From contig OX597814.1 in the NCBI GenBank assembly GCA_951406725.2, forward strand, positions 162,378,001 to 162,442,000: DNA of 64,000 nt, in the 5' to 3' direction. How positions within the stretch are numbered: the stretch's first letter is position 1; every line of letters starts with the position of its first letter. A program made the translations under genes and the position numbers. This stretch comes from Octopus vulgaris. Lineage: Eukaryota. Under the pieces are notes generated by a model, which did no database searches, was not told the origin of the DNA, and was given only the letters and a program-made list of their open reading frames with translations. Shown here piece by piece: positions 26,771 to 40,676 of this stretch.

Positions 26771-28678
26771 TTTCAAACAGTAAGAACACGACTATCTAAT
26801 ATATAGTATTTGCTTTGACAATGTTTTTGTAAGCTTGTCAAAAGAAGAAATCCTTAACGTACACTGTACTATGCACAGAATTATTGATGATTTAGCTAAA
26901 ATTTGCCACTGTAACCTGGTGGCTGACGATATAGCTGAATCAGCAATTCATAGAGTTTTGTATTAAAAATAAACAAACAAATTTAGTCCGATATTATAAT
27001 ATGGTTTACTGTGAGTAGTAGTACTTGATAAAATGCAGTTTACCTTATTTTCAATAAAAACACGTAGGAAATGGCTTAAATGATAAAATCAGGTTTGTTA
27101 GAATCCAGTACTCAGCAAAAAAATCTCTTCCAATTCCTTGTGTTTTCTTTTCCCCTCCACAGAGGATTCTCATCCAATTTATTATTACTCTCTTTTCCGG
27201 AAGTTTTCCATTTTCTCAGAGTTCTCGCATTCTATTTTTCTTTTCTTCCAAAAGCGGAAGTTATATATCTCTTTCGAGTCGCACACTTCTTCCCGGAAGT
27301 GTAAGTGTTTCTCTTTCATACCTGTATATTTTCCCGGAACTCATCTTCTTTCTGCAAGTGGACAGAGTTTTCATTCTCCATTCTAACTCTTCTGAAAGCG
27401 GAAGTGTATCTTTTCCCCATTCCATATAATTTCCCATTTTATATGAGATGTCCAGTCAGCTTATTTCGTTTCCTTTTTTTTATCCAATCGTTACAAGAAC
27501 TTCACTTCTTGTATTTCATTATGCAACAGCACTAATATTAGCTAATTATTTCCTTTCATGTCACTCAAGACGTCCTTTATAATTCAATGCTAATAAACAA
27601 CTGAATTATAAGGACCCCCAAGAGCGTTTCATTAAGGGAAGTAACTCATAATCATGTCACTTGCATAAGAAAGTAAAATTACTTGAGAACAACCCTATGC
27701 CAACTTCAATATATTGGCTACTACAAAACGAAAATTATAAATGCTGAATCGATAGATGGTTTCATTACACTATTATTACCAAATAATATATTATTGAAAG
27801 TAGCTACGAAAGCTGCTGAGATCGGCATTTATTTCCAGTCATGTGTGTAACAAGCAAAATAGTGTGACATCACTTAGGCCATTTTAGGTTGATGATATCT
27901 GCTATATTTTAATAAATAAATCACGTTAAATTAGTTTGAATGACTGTACCATGAAAATTCTCTAGAAGCTACTGAACCGTATATGCCTAATTTCTAACAA
28001 AGTCAATATTTAGATTAAAAACAGGAAAAAATATGTCTATGTACGGTATTTAAACACACTTTGACTGTCAGTACGTTCTTTCTATTCACTCAACCGCAGA
28101 GACTATATTATCTAACACGGTGGTTATGATAAACAGTGAATTGTTTGTGGCTTTGTATGCAGCAGTATCTAATAATGGGTGATCATTCTGTTAGTCACAC
28201 AATATAAGGCCTGCAATTAATTTGAACATAAAAAAACTCTGTACCAGTATACCAACACTAAACCCAATGTTTCACATTTCTTTTCTCAAACAGCACAACT
28301 AAATTTTCTGTAAATTCATATGTTAGAGAGTTTGTGCAAAGGAAGTTGTTAATGAGAATAAGTATAAAGTTACAACTTTTGATGGGTTTAGACATAAAGA
28401 TGTTGTTTTTGTTTAACTCAGAGTTAAACTTAATCGAATAGATTTAAAATCATTGCAGCCGTGATCAAGCTATATATTTTCCAGAAGGTAACCCTTTCTC
28501 ACGCTAGAGTGAAGGATTTAAGAGAGATTTTGTTGCTATTTCTAACAGGTTGAGAAATCACAACAGGGCTCTTCGTTGGCTCGATATAAAGATAGTTCAG
28601 TGTAACATCTGTCGGCGAGGATGAAAGTGAAAATATGATATTTATTGAACAATATTACATAATATAACAGATAAAACT

Positions 28679-28895
28679 AAGGCGGTCAGCAGACAGAATC
28701 GTTAGCATGCTGGGCAAAATGCTTAGCGGCATTTCGTCCGTCTTTACGTTCTGAGTTCAAATTCCGTCAAGGTCGACTTTACCTTTATTCTCTCAGGGAT
28801 CAATGAAATAAGTAACAGTTGCGCACTGGGGTCGATGTAATCGACTTAGCCTCTTCCCGAAATTGATGGCCTTGTGCCAAAATTTGAAATCAATA
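28679..28895 (+). mobile_element. SINE family A
   Basis: Head and core motifs. Confidence 0.88.
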
Positions 28896-28956
28896 TGTCA
28901 GATAAAACTGTCACTGGAAAACCCAGTTGTAAGTATGAAGGTACTAAAGAATAATA

Positions 28957-30130
28957 TCAGGTTGGAAAGAAAATCTTGTCGCATTTTTGCCATGATGCTT
29001 TTGAGGGCACTTTTACAATACTTACGTTGAAATAAGCATTAATGCTTTTCTTCCTTTCTGTGCAGATTATTTTAAACTGTAGTAGTTAAATTCGCATAGA
29101 TATTTTACCCTTTCAAAATGAGTTTGGATCATACCAATATCTGCATGCTGCTTGCAATTCAAAAGCTCTTCAGCAATGGAAGCGGCAGGCAATATTCTTT
29201 TCGTCTATGAAAATGAAGCTTTAAGAGTCAGGACATGCCTACGAAGCTTTGGTCCGTTTCGCTCGGGAAATTTTTCTCTAGCAGATACCCCTCGATTTGG
29301 ACGACCAAGTTCTATCAATATTGAAATTCTGAAAACCATAGCTGAGGAAAAGCTAAAGTAAGCAGTATGAGAATGAGCAAAATACTTCGATAATCAAACA
29401 CTTCCATGAACCAGGAAAAGTACCTAAACTTGGCCAGTGAGTCCCTCTTCATCTGAATGCATCTCAGCTTAATCAAAAAAGTTTCCTTCTACTCATCGTT
29501 GAAAAGTTGACTTACTACCGGACCTTCCTTGAGTAGAATCAGCACATTGAATCTTTTCTGTCTCATACAAATTGTAAATTACCCTTTCATTATATAATCA
29601 TACCCAACGAAAATAATGTTTAAGTACCTATGAGAAAGGAGAATCTATCTCCAAACCAGAATTACGTCTTAAGAAAGTTATACTCTGTGTTTGGTGGGTT
29701 ATGAAAGGCATCGTCTAAAATGTCTAACCAAAGTGAAGTAGTTCCTACGACGTATTGTCGTCAATTGGAAGCATTGCACAAAATTTTGCAGAAAAAGCGC
29801 CCATCATTGGTCAATGGTAAAAGGGTGTTGATCTTACACGATAATGAAAGATCATATATTACTCAAGTCACTCAGGAAGAGATTATGACTCTAAATATGG
29901 AAGATTTGCCTCATCCTCCACACTCTTCTGACCTTGCTCCATCTATCATCCTTTCAGATCACAGCAACACTATTTTGAAGGAAAATGATTAATTAATTAT
30001 GACGAGGTTAACGATGATATCGAGTGTTTGTTTGCTTCGAACCCTAAGAATTTTACGACCGAAAAATTAACAATTTGCCAAATTGATGGGATTGTGTTAT
30101 CAAGGGAAAACATCTTGACTGAACATAGCA
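28957..30130 (+). mobile_element. Decayed mariner element
   Basis: TA|TCAGGTTGGAAAGAAAATCTTGTCGCATT left TIR; FRSGNFSLADTPRFGRP, KKVILCVWW, YCRQLE..KRPSLVNGKRVLILHDNERS, LPHPPHSSDLAPS; many lesions; right TIR unclear. Confidence 0.9.
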
Positions 30131-30188
30131 ATCAAAACCTGGGAAATATCTTGACTATATATATCAATCAAAGCTTAAGAAGCATTTG

Positions 30189-30225
<37 letters not shown>

Positions 30226-30340
30226 ACGACCCCATATCTTATGTGCCTAATGTAAATAGTCTGTATAGAGTTGAAGGTTGTGATATCTCTATGCGTTGTA
30301 TTGTATATAACAGAAGGATAATTTGCAATTTGTATTAGAT

Positions 30341-30356
30341 ATTATTATTATTATTG

Positions 30357-30411
<55 letters not shown>

Positions 30412-30425
30412 TGATGATGATGATG

Positions 30426-30480
<55 letters not shown>
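30341..30480. repeat. (AAT)n/(GAT)n microsatellite
   Basis: Direct reading. Confidence 0.97.
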
Positions 30481-30481
<1 letters not shown>

Positions 30482-30709
30482 GTGGCCTGCAAATTTAAAC
30501 CTATTTAGGTAAAAATATACAAATAAATTAAGTAGGATATCAGAATACCACTTGCTAGAAATAGGAGCTAACACGCCAAAGCCACAAATTTCTCACTATT
30601 AAAATACACACGGTGAATGCAACGAATATAACAAATAGGCTTACCTTGTATAAACTACGGAAGCAAGAAAGATAGATAGATACACACACACATATATATA
30701 TAATCAACA

Positions 30710-30768
<59 letters not shown>

Positions 30769-30820
30769 TGATTGATTGATTCTAGTTTCAGCTCACGAGC
30801 TGTGGCCTTGCTGGGGCACC

Positions 30821-30884
<64 letters not shown>

Positions 30885-30888
<4 letters not shown>

Positions 30889-31111
30889 TAATCCAAACAA
30901 GAAAACACAAAAAAACCCCCAAAAAACCCCCAAAAAACACAGCAACGCAAGGACGTGGAACAAATAAAGTATTATTGGACGCTCAGGAAAGAAGGGAAGA
31001 AGGAGGGTTTAACGTTTCGAACGGAGCTCTTCGTCGGAAACATAAGAGAAGGAAAGATCCCGAGAAGGGAAGACAGAGGAAAAAAATCGGCAGCGGTACT
31101 CCTGAGGTCAC

Positions 31112-31113
<2 letters not shown>
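30885..31113 (-). mobile_element. Penelope-like pLTR fragment with variant hammerhead motif, inside (TA)n
   Basis: Minus 31041-31007: GTTT-CCGACGA-A-GAGC-TCC-GTTC-GAAAC-GTT-AAAC; shares ACGCTCAGGAA with 51418-51600. Confidence 0.6.
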
Positions 31114-31169
<56 letters not shown>

Positions 31170-31236
31170 CATATACAAACACGTTACCAGTAAGTTTAGA
31201 GTTCACTTATCAGTACGGCATTAATCAAAGGATTTC

Positions 31237-31350
31237 ATGAAAAAATATAAGTTCCAGAATCATTTGAAATTTGGTAGAGATCGTAAGAGCTGGACAAAGG
31301 AGGACTGTATTAAAGTCATGTTTAATAATGAAACATATGTCAGCAATTTG
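31237..31350 (+). mobile_element. Tc1-type transposase fragment
   Basis: HLKFGRDRKSWTKEDCIKVMFNNET resembles the Tc1 motif RL.FA..H..WT..DW.KV.FSDE. Confidence 0.6.
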
Positions 31351-31447
31351 TATCTAGTGTTTCTTTCAGTTTATATTAAACGATTTTTTTCGCTCACATC
31401 TCAAAAGATGGAATATTATTTTAGTTTATACCACCTCTAACAGAACA

Positions 31448-31522
<75 letters not shown>

Positions 31523-31594
31523 CATACACATACACTAATATAAAATATCGGAAATGATTGCTTAACACCGTAATGGTGGGTTATACATACATAC

Positions 31595-31629
<35 letters not shown>

Positions 31630-31868
31630 GGCTATACACACGCACATGCATATGTATGCGTGTGTATATATTTTTTATTTGGGGCACCACTTTGAAGAGT
31701 TTTAGTCAAACGAATCGACCCTAGTACTTATATATTTTTAAGCCAAGTACCTATTTTATCGGTATATTTTGCCGAACAGCTAAGTAACAGGGACATATAC
31801 AAACTAGTACCAGTTGGAGACAAGCACCAACACAAACACACACACATGTAGATGTGTGCGTGCGTGTG

Positions 31869-31905
<37 letters not shown>

Positions 31906-32417
31906 ACATATGTGTATGTGTGACTGAATATGATAAATGTGTTTGCAGACCTATGTGTACGTGTCCGTGTGTGTATTGTTTCATGTATTTGATTGAAAAG
32001 CGCCAAAAGTGAAGTGGTCTTGCTGACCATACGGAAGGGTTTCCAGTATTGTGGTTGATTTAGAAGAGCTTGCAAAAACCTCTGTGTAGCTCCTGTATTT
32101 TCTGGGCGAGGTAAAACATCTCTGATGTTTATTTCACTTATTAAATCCTGCTGTTATGTCACAATCACTTGTGACGCAACTATACGTGTGTATGTATGTA
32201 TGTATGTATGTATGTATGTATGTATGTATGTATGTATACATACATATATATTCGCGTTTCTTTGCGTGTATTAGTATTCGTGTGTACGCGATATTTTCTC
32301 TCCTCCTGCCATCTTAATTTTCTTTTGTCTTGTTTCCTCCACTAGTTAAATGTTGTTGATACCCAAATAAGGCATATACACAAATACACTTAGCGTATAA
32401 AGATAGATAGGTAGATT

Positions 32418-32496
<79 letters not shown>

Positions 32497-32725
32497 GTAT
32501 GCATGTCTACGCTTATATACATCATATCTAAAATGTCGTTTTTAATTTTCGCTTCAGAATTCTTTCAAAATATCTCTTAAATATTCCATATCAGCATTCT
32601 TTCAAAATATTCTTTGAACATATATCAATTCCAAAATATCGTATTAAATATTTTGTCTCTACGTTCTTTCAAAATAACTTTTAAATATTCCATCTCAGCG
32701 TTCTTTCAAAACACCATTTAAATAC

Positions 32726-32794
<69 letters not shown>

Positions 32795-33614
32795 TTGCAA
32801 AACAAAATATCGTTTTAAATAAACAAGATTAACAACTTATAATATACCCAAAGATGAAATATATCGAAAGATAAAGAATAAAAAAAAATATACCCAACAA
32901 TTACGAACAGAAAATACAACAACGGACGAAGAAAAAAATATATTATACCCCAAAATGAAAATACAATTATTTAACAAAGAGAGTAAAAAATTGATGTAGA
33001 ATAAATATCCTAATAAACAAACATACACCCAAAATAAGTGGAAATAGAATGTACAAGAGATAAAACCCAAATAGAAAGCCTAAGAATGGAAAGAAAACAC
33101 AAAAACAAAACATAGACAAAGAGTAAGATGGCCGAAAATGACAACAAATGAAGATACAGGAAATAACCAAAGATGATTCCGACTAAAAATACAATATTAA
33201 AAATAATAATATTAATAACGAAAACAGCAAAAATATAAACAGTTCACTTCAAAGAACGTTGAACTAGGTGTTTTTATATATAACGTAAATACATCTTTAA
33301 AACATAAATAATCCAATTTTTGTCATTATTTCCGTTGTTTTGTTGTACTGGTTCAGCTAAAGATACTTTTTCAACACCGCGTGTGGTTTATACATACATA
33401 TACACACATGCATGCATATTTGCCAGTTGTAGCGACGTGGACCATTCTTAAGAATTACTGATGACTTGCGCGATGGCTTTGTTTAAAGCGATTCTTATTT
33501 TATTAAAAAAGCACATATTTTTATGATAAAATATTATTAGGAATTGTATTTAACAATTGTTAAAATGATTTGTGGATCGCACAAGTACGTAAAACAAATT
33601 TGTTGCAGATAAAT

Positions 33615-33817
33615 TTTGGCACAGTACCAGCAATTTCGTGGGAGGGGTACATCGATTACATCGACCCCAGTGCTCAACTGGTACTTATTTTATTGACCCC
33701 GAAAGGATGAAAGCCAGAATCAACCTCGGCGGAATTTGAACTCAGAACGTACAAACGGACAAAATGCCGCTAAGCATCTTGCCTGGTGTGCTAACGATTC
33801 TATCAGCTTTCCGCTTT
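33615..33817 (-). mobile_element. SINE family A
   Basis: Reverse core and head. Confidence 0.88.
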
Positions 33818-34338
33818 ATTGTACATAAATTTTAACAACAAAATCTTACAAGGACCCCAAAAGGCCATATGGACCCCGGTTGAGAACCGCTGGTTTAAAG
33901 GCAGAAGAGCTATGCACGGTCAGCCTCACTCTCTTGTCCGTGACCATCTTCAGTCCACTGGCACGGACTGAGGATGGAAACAGAAGCAGGAGATGACCAA
34001 GATGTCTTATATTTTCATCGTGTCCTCTGCACTTCAAAACATGTTGCTGCAGTTACCTTTCTTTCAGTTGATCTATGAAAGTTTATTCCGTAGAGTCCGC
34101 CGGATGCAATCTTATCTTCAAATGCACAGGTTAGGTGGGACCTTGAAAGGTGCTACTATACCGGGCTAGAGCAAAACTGGGAACAATAGTAGTTAAGGGT
34201 TCGGTCCACAATCTTCAAAAAGCTGGAGCTCCTCAACCAGATGTGGCTAAGATTCATATCCAGGACATACATACATACATACATACATACATACATACAT
34301 ACATACATACATACATACATACATACATACATACATAC

Positions 34339-37300
34339 TCGAAGCGACAAGTCGAGCATTTGGCGTGGGAGACTAGTTATCGAAAAAAAAAAACAATGAA
34401 TACTATCTCCAACTTTGGAGGCACAACTATCATCCTTGTTAAATAACTGGTTAGTCTTCAGATGAATTACATGATCGTAGTGATTTTTGATAGAAACTTG
34501 AATTTAGCATGCAGAGAGTCACTACAAACAACATGGCTGGACACATCAACAACACAATCGAAGAACAGAACGAAAACAATAGTTCAACAAGTAAACAAAT
34601 TGTTTCTAGCTGTGGTTATAAGAAGAAACCGTAACTACAAAACTCATTTCTCTTGGAGTTATGAATTGAATAATGATCTGCGAAACAAAACCCCGATGTT
34701 GGCTATATGAATCGATTTAAATCATGTAGTGTACACCACAAAGCATATTGGGACGATTTGCATCCAGAATTAAATCATTTTACTGCGAAGCAGCTACGCC
34801 AACAAGCAACATTTGTAGAACATAGGAAGAAGGTTAGTAACTGTAACTTCATTTAAAAATCAAAAATTAACCTTCTTCTCAACTCTATAAACAAAAACGA
34901 AAACGTGAATCATGTAAGACCACTCCGTGGTTTCGCAGCTAGCGACATTCCAACAGATTCCATAGTGCCTGCCAGCCAAACTACATTTCTGGCTCAAGTA
35001 ACTGACAACTGACCCCCTACAACGACTATGGTAAAAAGCAGGCACAACCGCAACGATTATTATAGTTGTAGTTGTGGTAGTCAGGATTATATGCCAGTGA
35101 GATGTGCCCTTACTGAAATTTTCCGAGAAAAAATAACTTTGGCTTTGAAGGACTCTCTCGAGGAGAGAGTATTCTTTACTAAAGTAAGTAAAAAAACTAC
35201 CTGATACGATTTCAAAAGCTGTTAACGAAATTGGTGATGAGTATTTACAACAGTGTGATGAACCCACATACTGGCAGATTAACGCATGTGTATATACTCT
35301 GGCTACTACTGTAAAACAATATATGAATGATATTCAAAAAGTAAACAAAACCGAAGTAACAAAGAAAGTACCATCATGGGTTTTGAAGACAGAAAAAAGA
35401 CAACTGGTTTACAGAACACCATCAGTCATGTACTGATGCTTACTGCATGCAAACAAGCAAATCGCTATACGTCCCACCAACAGAAAGTAAAGAGGGAGAT
35501 AGAAATGATGTTTGGCGACAGCAAAAAGAGGACACTCTCTTGCAAACTGATTACCCTCGAGCAAGAGCTAAAAGCTGTCAATGAAAAACTCCGACATCAG
35601 AAGAGAATAACCGAGAGAACAATAAACAAAAAAATTAACTGCAACCAGGCAGTAGAATACAGAGACATGAGAGGAGGAGCAATAAATACCACGAAAGCTC
35701 CTTCACAAGAAGACAGACTCCTTCTGGAGGAAAATCTGGAGTGAGGAGAAGGAATTTAACCAAAATGCTCTGTGGTTGAAAGAAATCCGGAAAAGTTATT
35801 GCTCCTGCGTTACATCTAAGACATACAACGGAAAAGCACCTTGAAGAGACTTGATTGTTGGATGCTGGTACAAGAAGCTAACATTCTACCGACCAACATC
35901 TTATCAATCTGTACCAGTAAGCTTTCATTGGGAACAGTAACATACCACACTGGTTAGCTCTGGCAGAGACAAAATTGATCCCCAATTGCAGAACCACCCA
36001 CATGGCAAAAAAACAAAACAAAACAAAAAAACTACCGGCCAGTTGCACGCCAGAACTTAATGTATAAAATATATACAGTATGTTTAAACCTCTTCCCCCA
36101 GGACCATTGTGAAACCAATAACTTATCCCAGCAGAACAAGCAGCTTGGAAGAAGGGAGTCCGGGGATGTGCCGAGCAATTGTTAATCAACAAAACTGTGA
36201 TGTTAGAGGTAGTTTCAATGTGGCTAGATTACAAGCCTTTGTCTCTGTTCCCTACTCATGGATACTAGAAGCCCTTCAACTTGCTAAAGTTCCAGTGAGA
36301 ATAGTCAAAGCCATAGCAGACCTGACTTCATCGTGGGCCACCATCATGAAAAACACAAAGAGTGAATGTATTATCACCGATAGAATACAGTATTGCAAAG
36401 GCATATTCCAAGGAGACAGCCTCTTTTTGTGATGTTGTTTATACTTACTGCAAATCCCTTGCCATTCATGTTAAGGAAGTCTGAAGGATATCTCACTGGT
36501 TCCCAAGGAAACTGAAATACCAAAATTACACAGTTTCTTTGTGGATGAAAAAGAGCCTTGACCTAGTTACAACATTCTCAAAAGATGTAGGGTTGGAGTT
36601 TGGTCAGAATAAATGTTGTTATATGTTTGTGAAAAGGAGGAAAACTATAAACCAGACTAGTAACATCTCCATCAATGATTTGACTGTTTCCCCTGTATCT
36701 GACGAGGAATGTTACAGGTATCTAGCGGTGGATGAAAATATATCTTACAATGGCACCTGTAACAAAACACGTGTCACTAAAGAATGTTACAGCCGAATAA
36801 AGAAAATTTGGACCTCAGAACTCACTGTATTCAATAAAACAGTGGCCCGTAATGTGTTTGCAGTGCCAGTACTCATACCAACATTTGGACTGCTTGATTG
36901 GACGCTTGATGAGATCAGAGCCATTAATGAGAAAACCCGAAACATACTAACAAGCACACATAATTTCCACATAAACAGTGACGTAGACCGCCTCTACCTA
37001 AAACGTAAAGAAGGAGGCAGAGGCTCAACATCGATCCGAAATGCCTTTGAATGTCGCATCATATCCCTTCGGCAACATCTTTTAATCACCAAGTGTCAAA
37101 ATGCATCCCTTGACCAAGTTTGCATACATGAGGCTGATAACATCATAAGACTTAGAAGGCAGCTCTTTGAGCAACACTCTTTGTCCGATATCAAAGAATA
37201 CATACTCAAAGAAATTGCACGACTCTACCGTAACATATCATCAGATGAAAGGATGAGCCCATATGAGCAGAAGGCTATGCATGGGTATGTTAGTAGAAAG

Positions 37301-38125
37301 CTCCGTAATGATAGTAACATCGATCATCAAATCAGTTTATCATGAACAAATAGCCGGATTACTACCTCTCACTTTGAAGGTTATGCGTTTGCAATCCAGG
37401 AACAGAAAATATCAACCAAGTACCTGATGCACAATAAGGATAGAGATGCAGGAAAAGCCATAAAATGTGACAACCGATGCAGACTCTGTGGAGTTTATAC
37501 TGTAGATATCACCCACATCATATAGCAGTTGTCCGAAACGTCATCTACCGATAAGTCATGACGTTGTAGCGAGGACACTCTATAATGAGATCCGTCAGAA
37601 GGATAATCCCGAGCACAAAGAAATAAAACCCCACAATATGGTAGAAGCCATAGCTACTCATAGTAAAAAGGAATACTGGTGGAATATATCAGTGATGACC
37701 TCAACAAAATGTAAGCACAACAGAGCTGATATAATGATTTGGGATAGAGAAGAGAAACAGTTGTGGAAATTAGCAGCCAGCGGATGTTAAGATAAAGCTG
37801 AAGATCAGTGAAAAAGAAAACACCTATGCTGAACTATTGAGAAATTTGCAGTTACTCTATCCAAATTACAAGTTCAGGTTTAAACCTGTAATTATTGGGG
37901 CCCTGGGATATGTAACACACTACCTAAATACCAATCTTGAGGGATTAGGCTTCTCAAAATCAGAAAGGAGAAAGCTAATTCGAAGACTACAGATCCAGTC
38001 CATCACTGGAACTGTAAAAATCTGTAAAACTTTCCAGAAGTTTATCATTTAAATATATATGAGCATGTCTAGATGTGCAACTATATGCATGAAAATACAT
38101 ACATGGAACATACAAATCTGCACTT
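34339..38125 (+). mobile_element. Near full-length, inactivated R4/Dong-clade non-LTR retrotransposon (RT + CCHC + RLE)
   Basis: Fragmented single ORF: N-terminal WSYELNND..LHPELNHFTAKQLRQQA; RT motifs SVPYSWI, GIFQGDSL, FV(D)E, GLEFGQNKC, YRYL, DVDRLYLKRKEGGRG; CRLCG..H..SC knuckle; HDVVA; NR(A)DIMIWD RLE; PVIIGALG; stop at 38052; flanked by (TACA)n at 34266-34338 and 38125-38235. Confidence 0.93.
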
Positions 38126-39037
38126 ACATACATACATAACATACATGCATACATACATAACATACATACATACACATATATACACACACATACATACATA
38201 CATACATACATACATACATACATACATACATACATGCAAGCTATATGATGGCTGCCCTCTCAGTTTCGAACGTAACAACACACTTTTGATCTGCGTCAGT
38301 ACAGTTTAAGGATCATGAACCTAATGTAACTGTTCAAACCCGCCAATCCAGCGCTACTTTTTACTGCATGTCGAGTACTACCACTTAATTGTATTTACAT
38401 GAACAATACTAAAGTTTTTCAAAATATTTTATACAATTACTTCAAGTTTACATATAAGGTTTACGTGACCAGCTAGCGAGAGAAAACTGTAATCACATAC
38501 ATCGCACGTGTATTGAATAGTGTTGCAAAGCAGAACAACTTGATCTTTTCGAATAAGAGCGCTTGCACGAAGAAGAGTAAATACGATTTTTTTTTCAAAT
38601 CTTTGTGCTCTCTGTCTGTCTTTCTCTTCAGCATACTCAGTTTTCTGCAACACGACCCCAACATCCACAAAATTTAACACTTAGGCCGGATTTCAATTAA
38701 TACTTGTACCTAAGCTTTTGGTTTTGAAGGTCTGTGTTTGCTATTCTGTGATTCTCCAGAGAACACTTGTTTCGGGGATGGTGAACTGTTCGTGCTAACT
38801 AAATGACCACATCAACTAAGACAGTCTTTTTTTTACACGATTAAACTATCTATACTTGACAGCTCAAATGAACAACATACCATACATCCTCCTAAACTGA
38901 AGGAAAGACGTGATCAGCACCAGACGAAACTCGAGTAGACTGTCACACTATTTGATATAATAAACACGGTAATATGTAAGTATGTATATATGTATGTATG
39001 TATCATCGTTTAACGTCCGTCTTCCATACATACACAC

Positions 39038-39086
<49 letters not shown>

Positions 39087-39789
39087 TACATGTATATGTA
39101 TGAGTCTTACATACATGCATTCAATGTGGGTATGTATGAATGTATGTATGTATGCAAAACAAACGAATGTCTTAAGTAAATTCTAAACAAGATATCATTG
39201 AAAGTAAATAGATTCATAAGAAACAGTTTCCCTCCCTCTTCATGAATAGTATTCAAACTGACAATAGATAGATATAATGTAGACAAATAAGGCGAAGTCC
39301 AACTAGTTCAGACGAAAAAAAAATCATCTTAAACCAGGCTTTATCCTTCACTATATTTACAACACAGAATTGTTTGTTTTAAATTTAAAACATAGCCAAC
39401 ATAGAAAGCTTTTAAAACCCGTTTGACCTTTGTTTTACATACAATAAAAATAATAAAAATGGCCATTAGTCCATTAGTTAATTAAATATAATCTAATATG
39501 CAAGTTTACTGTGTATGAACTTGGGTTATTATTGAGTTTTGTTTTTTTGTTTTTAAATTGCTTTTGCACTTTATCTATATGACTGTTTTGTCTGGTCATT
39601 TAGACAGATAAAAGTTTGAGGTTGTTATAGCCATTCTTGACGATGACGACGATGATGATGCTGTAGTTCTTTATGACGATGATGATAATGATGTTGTAGC
39701 TCTTTATGATGATGATGACGGATGATGGTGATGAGGATGACAGTGGTGCTGGTGATAGAAGTGATCATGGTGCTGTGAGGAAGATGATG

Positions 39790-40128
39790 CCACCGAGGTC
39801 GATTTTGTCTTTCATCTTTTCTGGGTTGATAAAATAAAGTATCCGTTGACCACTGGGGGTCAATGTAATCGATTCCTACCCCCATCAAAATTGCTGGATT
39901 TGTGTCAAAATTAGAAAGAACCAACATTATCATCATCGTTGTTGTTGCTGCTGCTGCTGTTTTACGTTCTGAGTTCAAATTCCTCCGGTATCGACTTTAC
40001 CTTTCATCCTTTTGGGGTTGATAAAATAAGTACCAGTTGAGTATTGGGTTCGAAGTAATCGAACACTTGGATGGATAAAATCGACTAGTCCCATACCTAA
40101 AATTTCTGGCCTTGTACCTATAGTAGAA

Positions 40129-40169
<41 letters not shown>

Positions 40170-40278
40170 CACCATTATTATTATTATCATTATTGTTATT
40201 ATTTATTTTAATCTAGATGTTTGTTACAATTACTTGCCGAGACACACCCCATTTCCCATGGCACGTGAAGGATAAGAG

Positions 40279-40323
<45 letters not shown>

Positions 40324-40540
40324 GCTACTTAAGGCGGCGAGCTGGCAGAGTCATTAGCATGCTGGGCAAAATGCTTAGCGGCATTTCGTCTGTCTTTGCG
40401 TTCTGAGTTCAAATTTCACCGAGGTCGACTTTGTCTTTCATCCTTTCCGGATCGATGAAAGAAGTACCAGTTGAGCACTGGGGTCAATATAATCAACTAG
40501 TCCTCTCCCTCAAAATTTCAGGCCTCATGCCAGTAGAAAG
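39790..40540 (+). mobile_element. SINE family A copies among (TTA)n and (GAT)n arrays
   Basis: Core motifs at ~39790, ~39960 and 40331-40540. Confidence 0.85.
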
Positions 40541-40541
40541 G

Positions 40542-40583
<42 letters not shown>

Positions 40584-40584
<1 letters not shown>

Positions 40585-40676
40585 TATGTTTGACTTTTAC
40601 TTTACATTTGCACAAGCTGGCTCCAAGTCTCACCCAGAGACCTCAAGAGACAACAAGTTGGAAGTTCACGTTGGTG

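Noticed and set aside
36539-37345. 268-aa ORF as a functional host gene
   Set aside because: It is a fragment of the R4 RT thumb region; the catalytic YxDD motif is damaged and the surrounding frames are broken.
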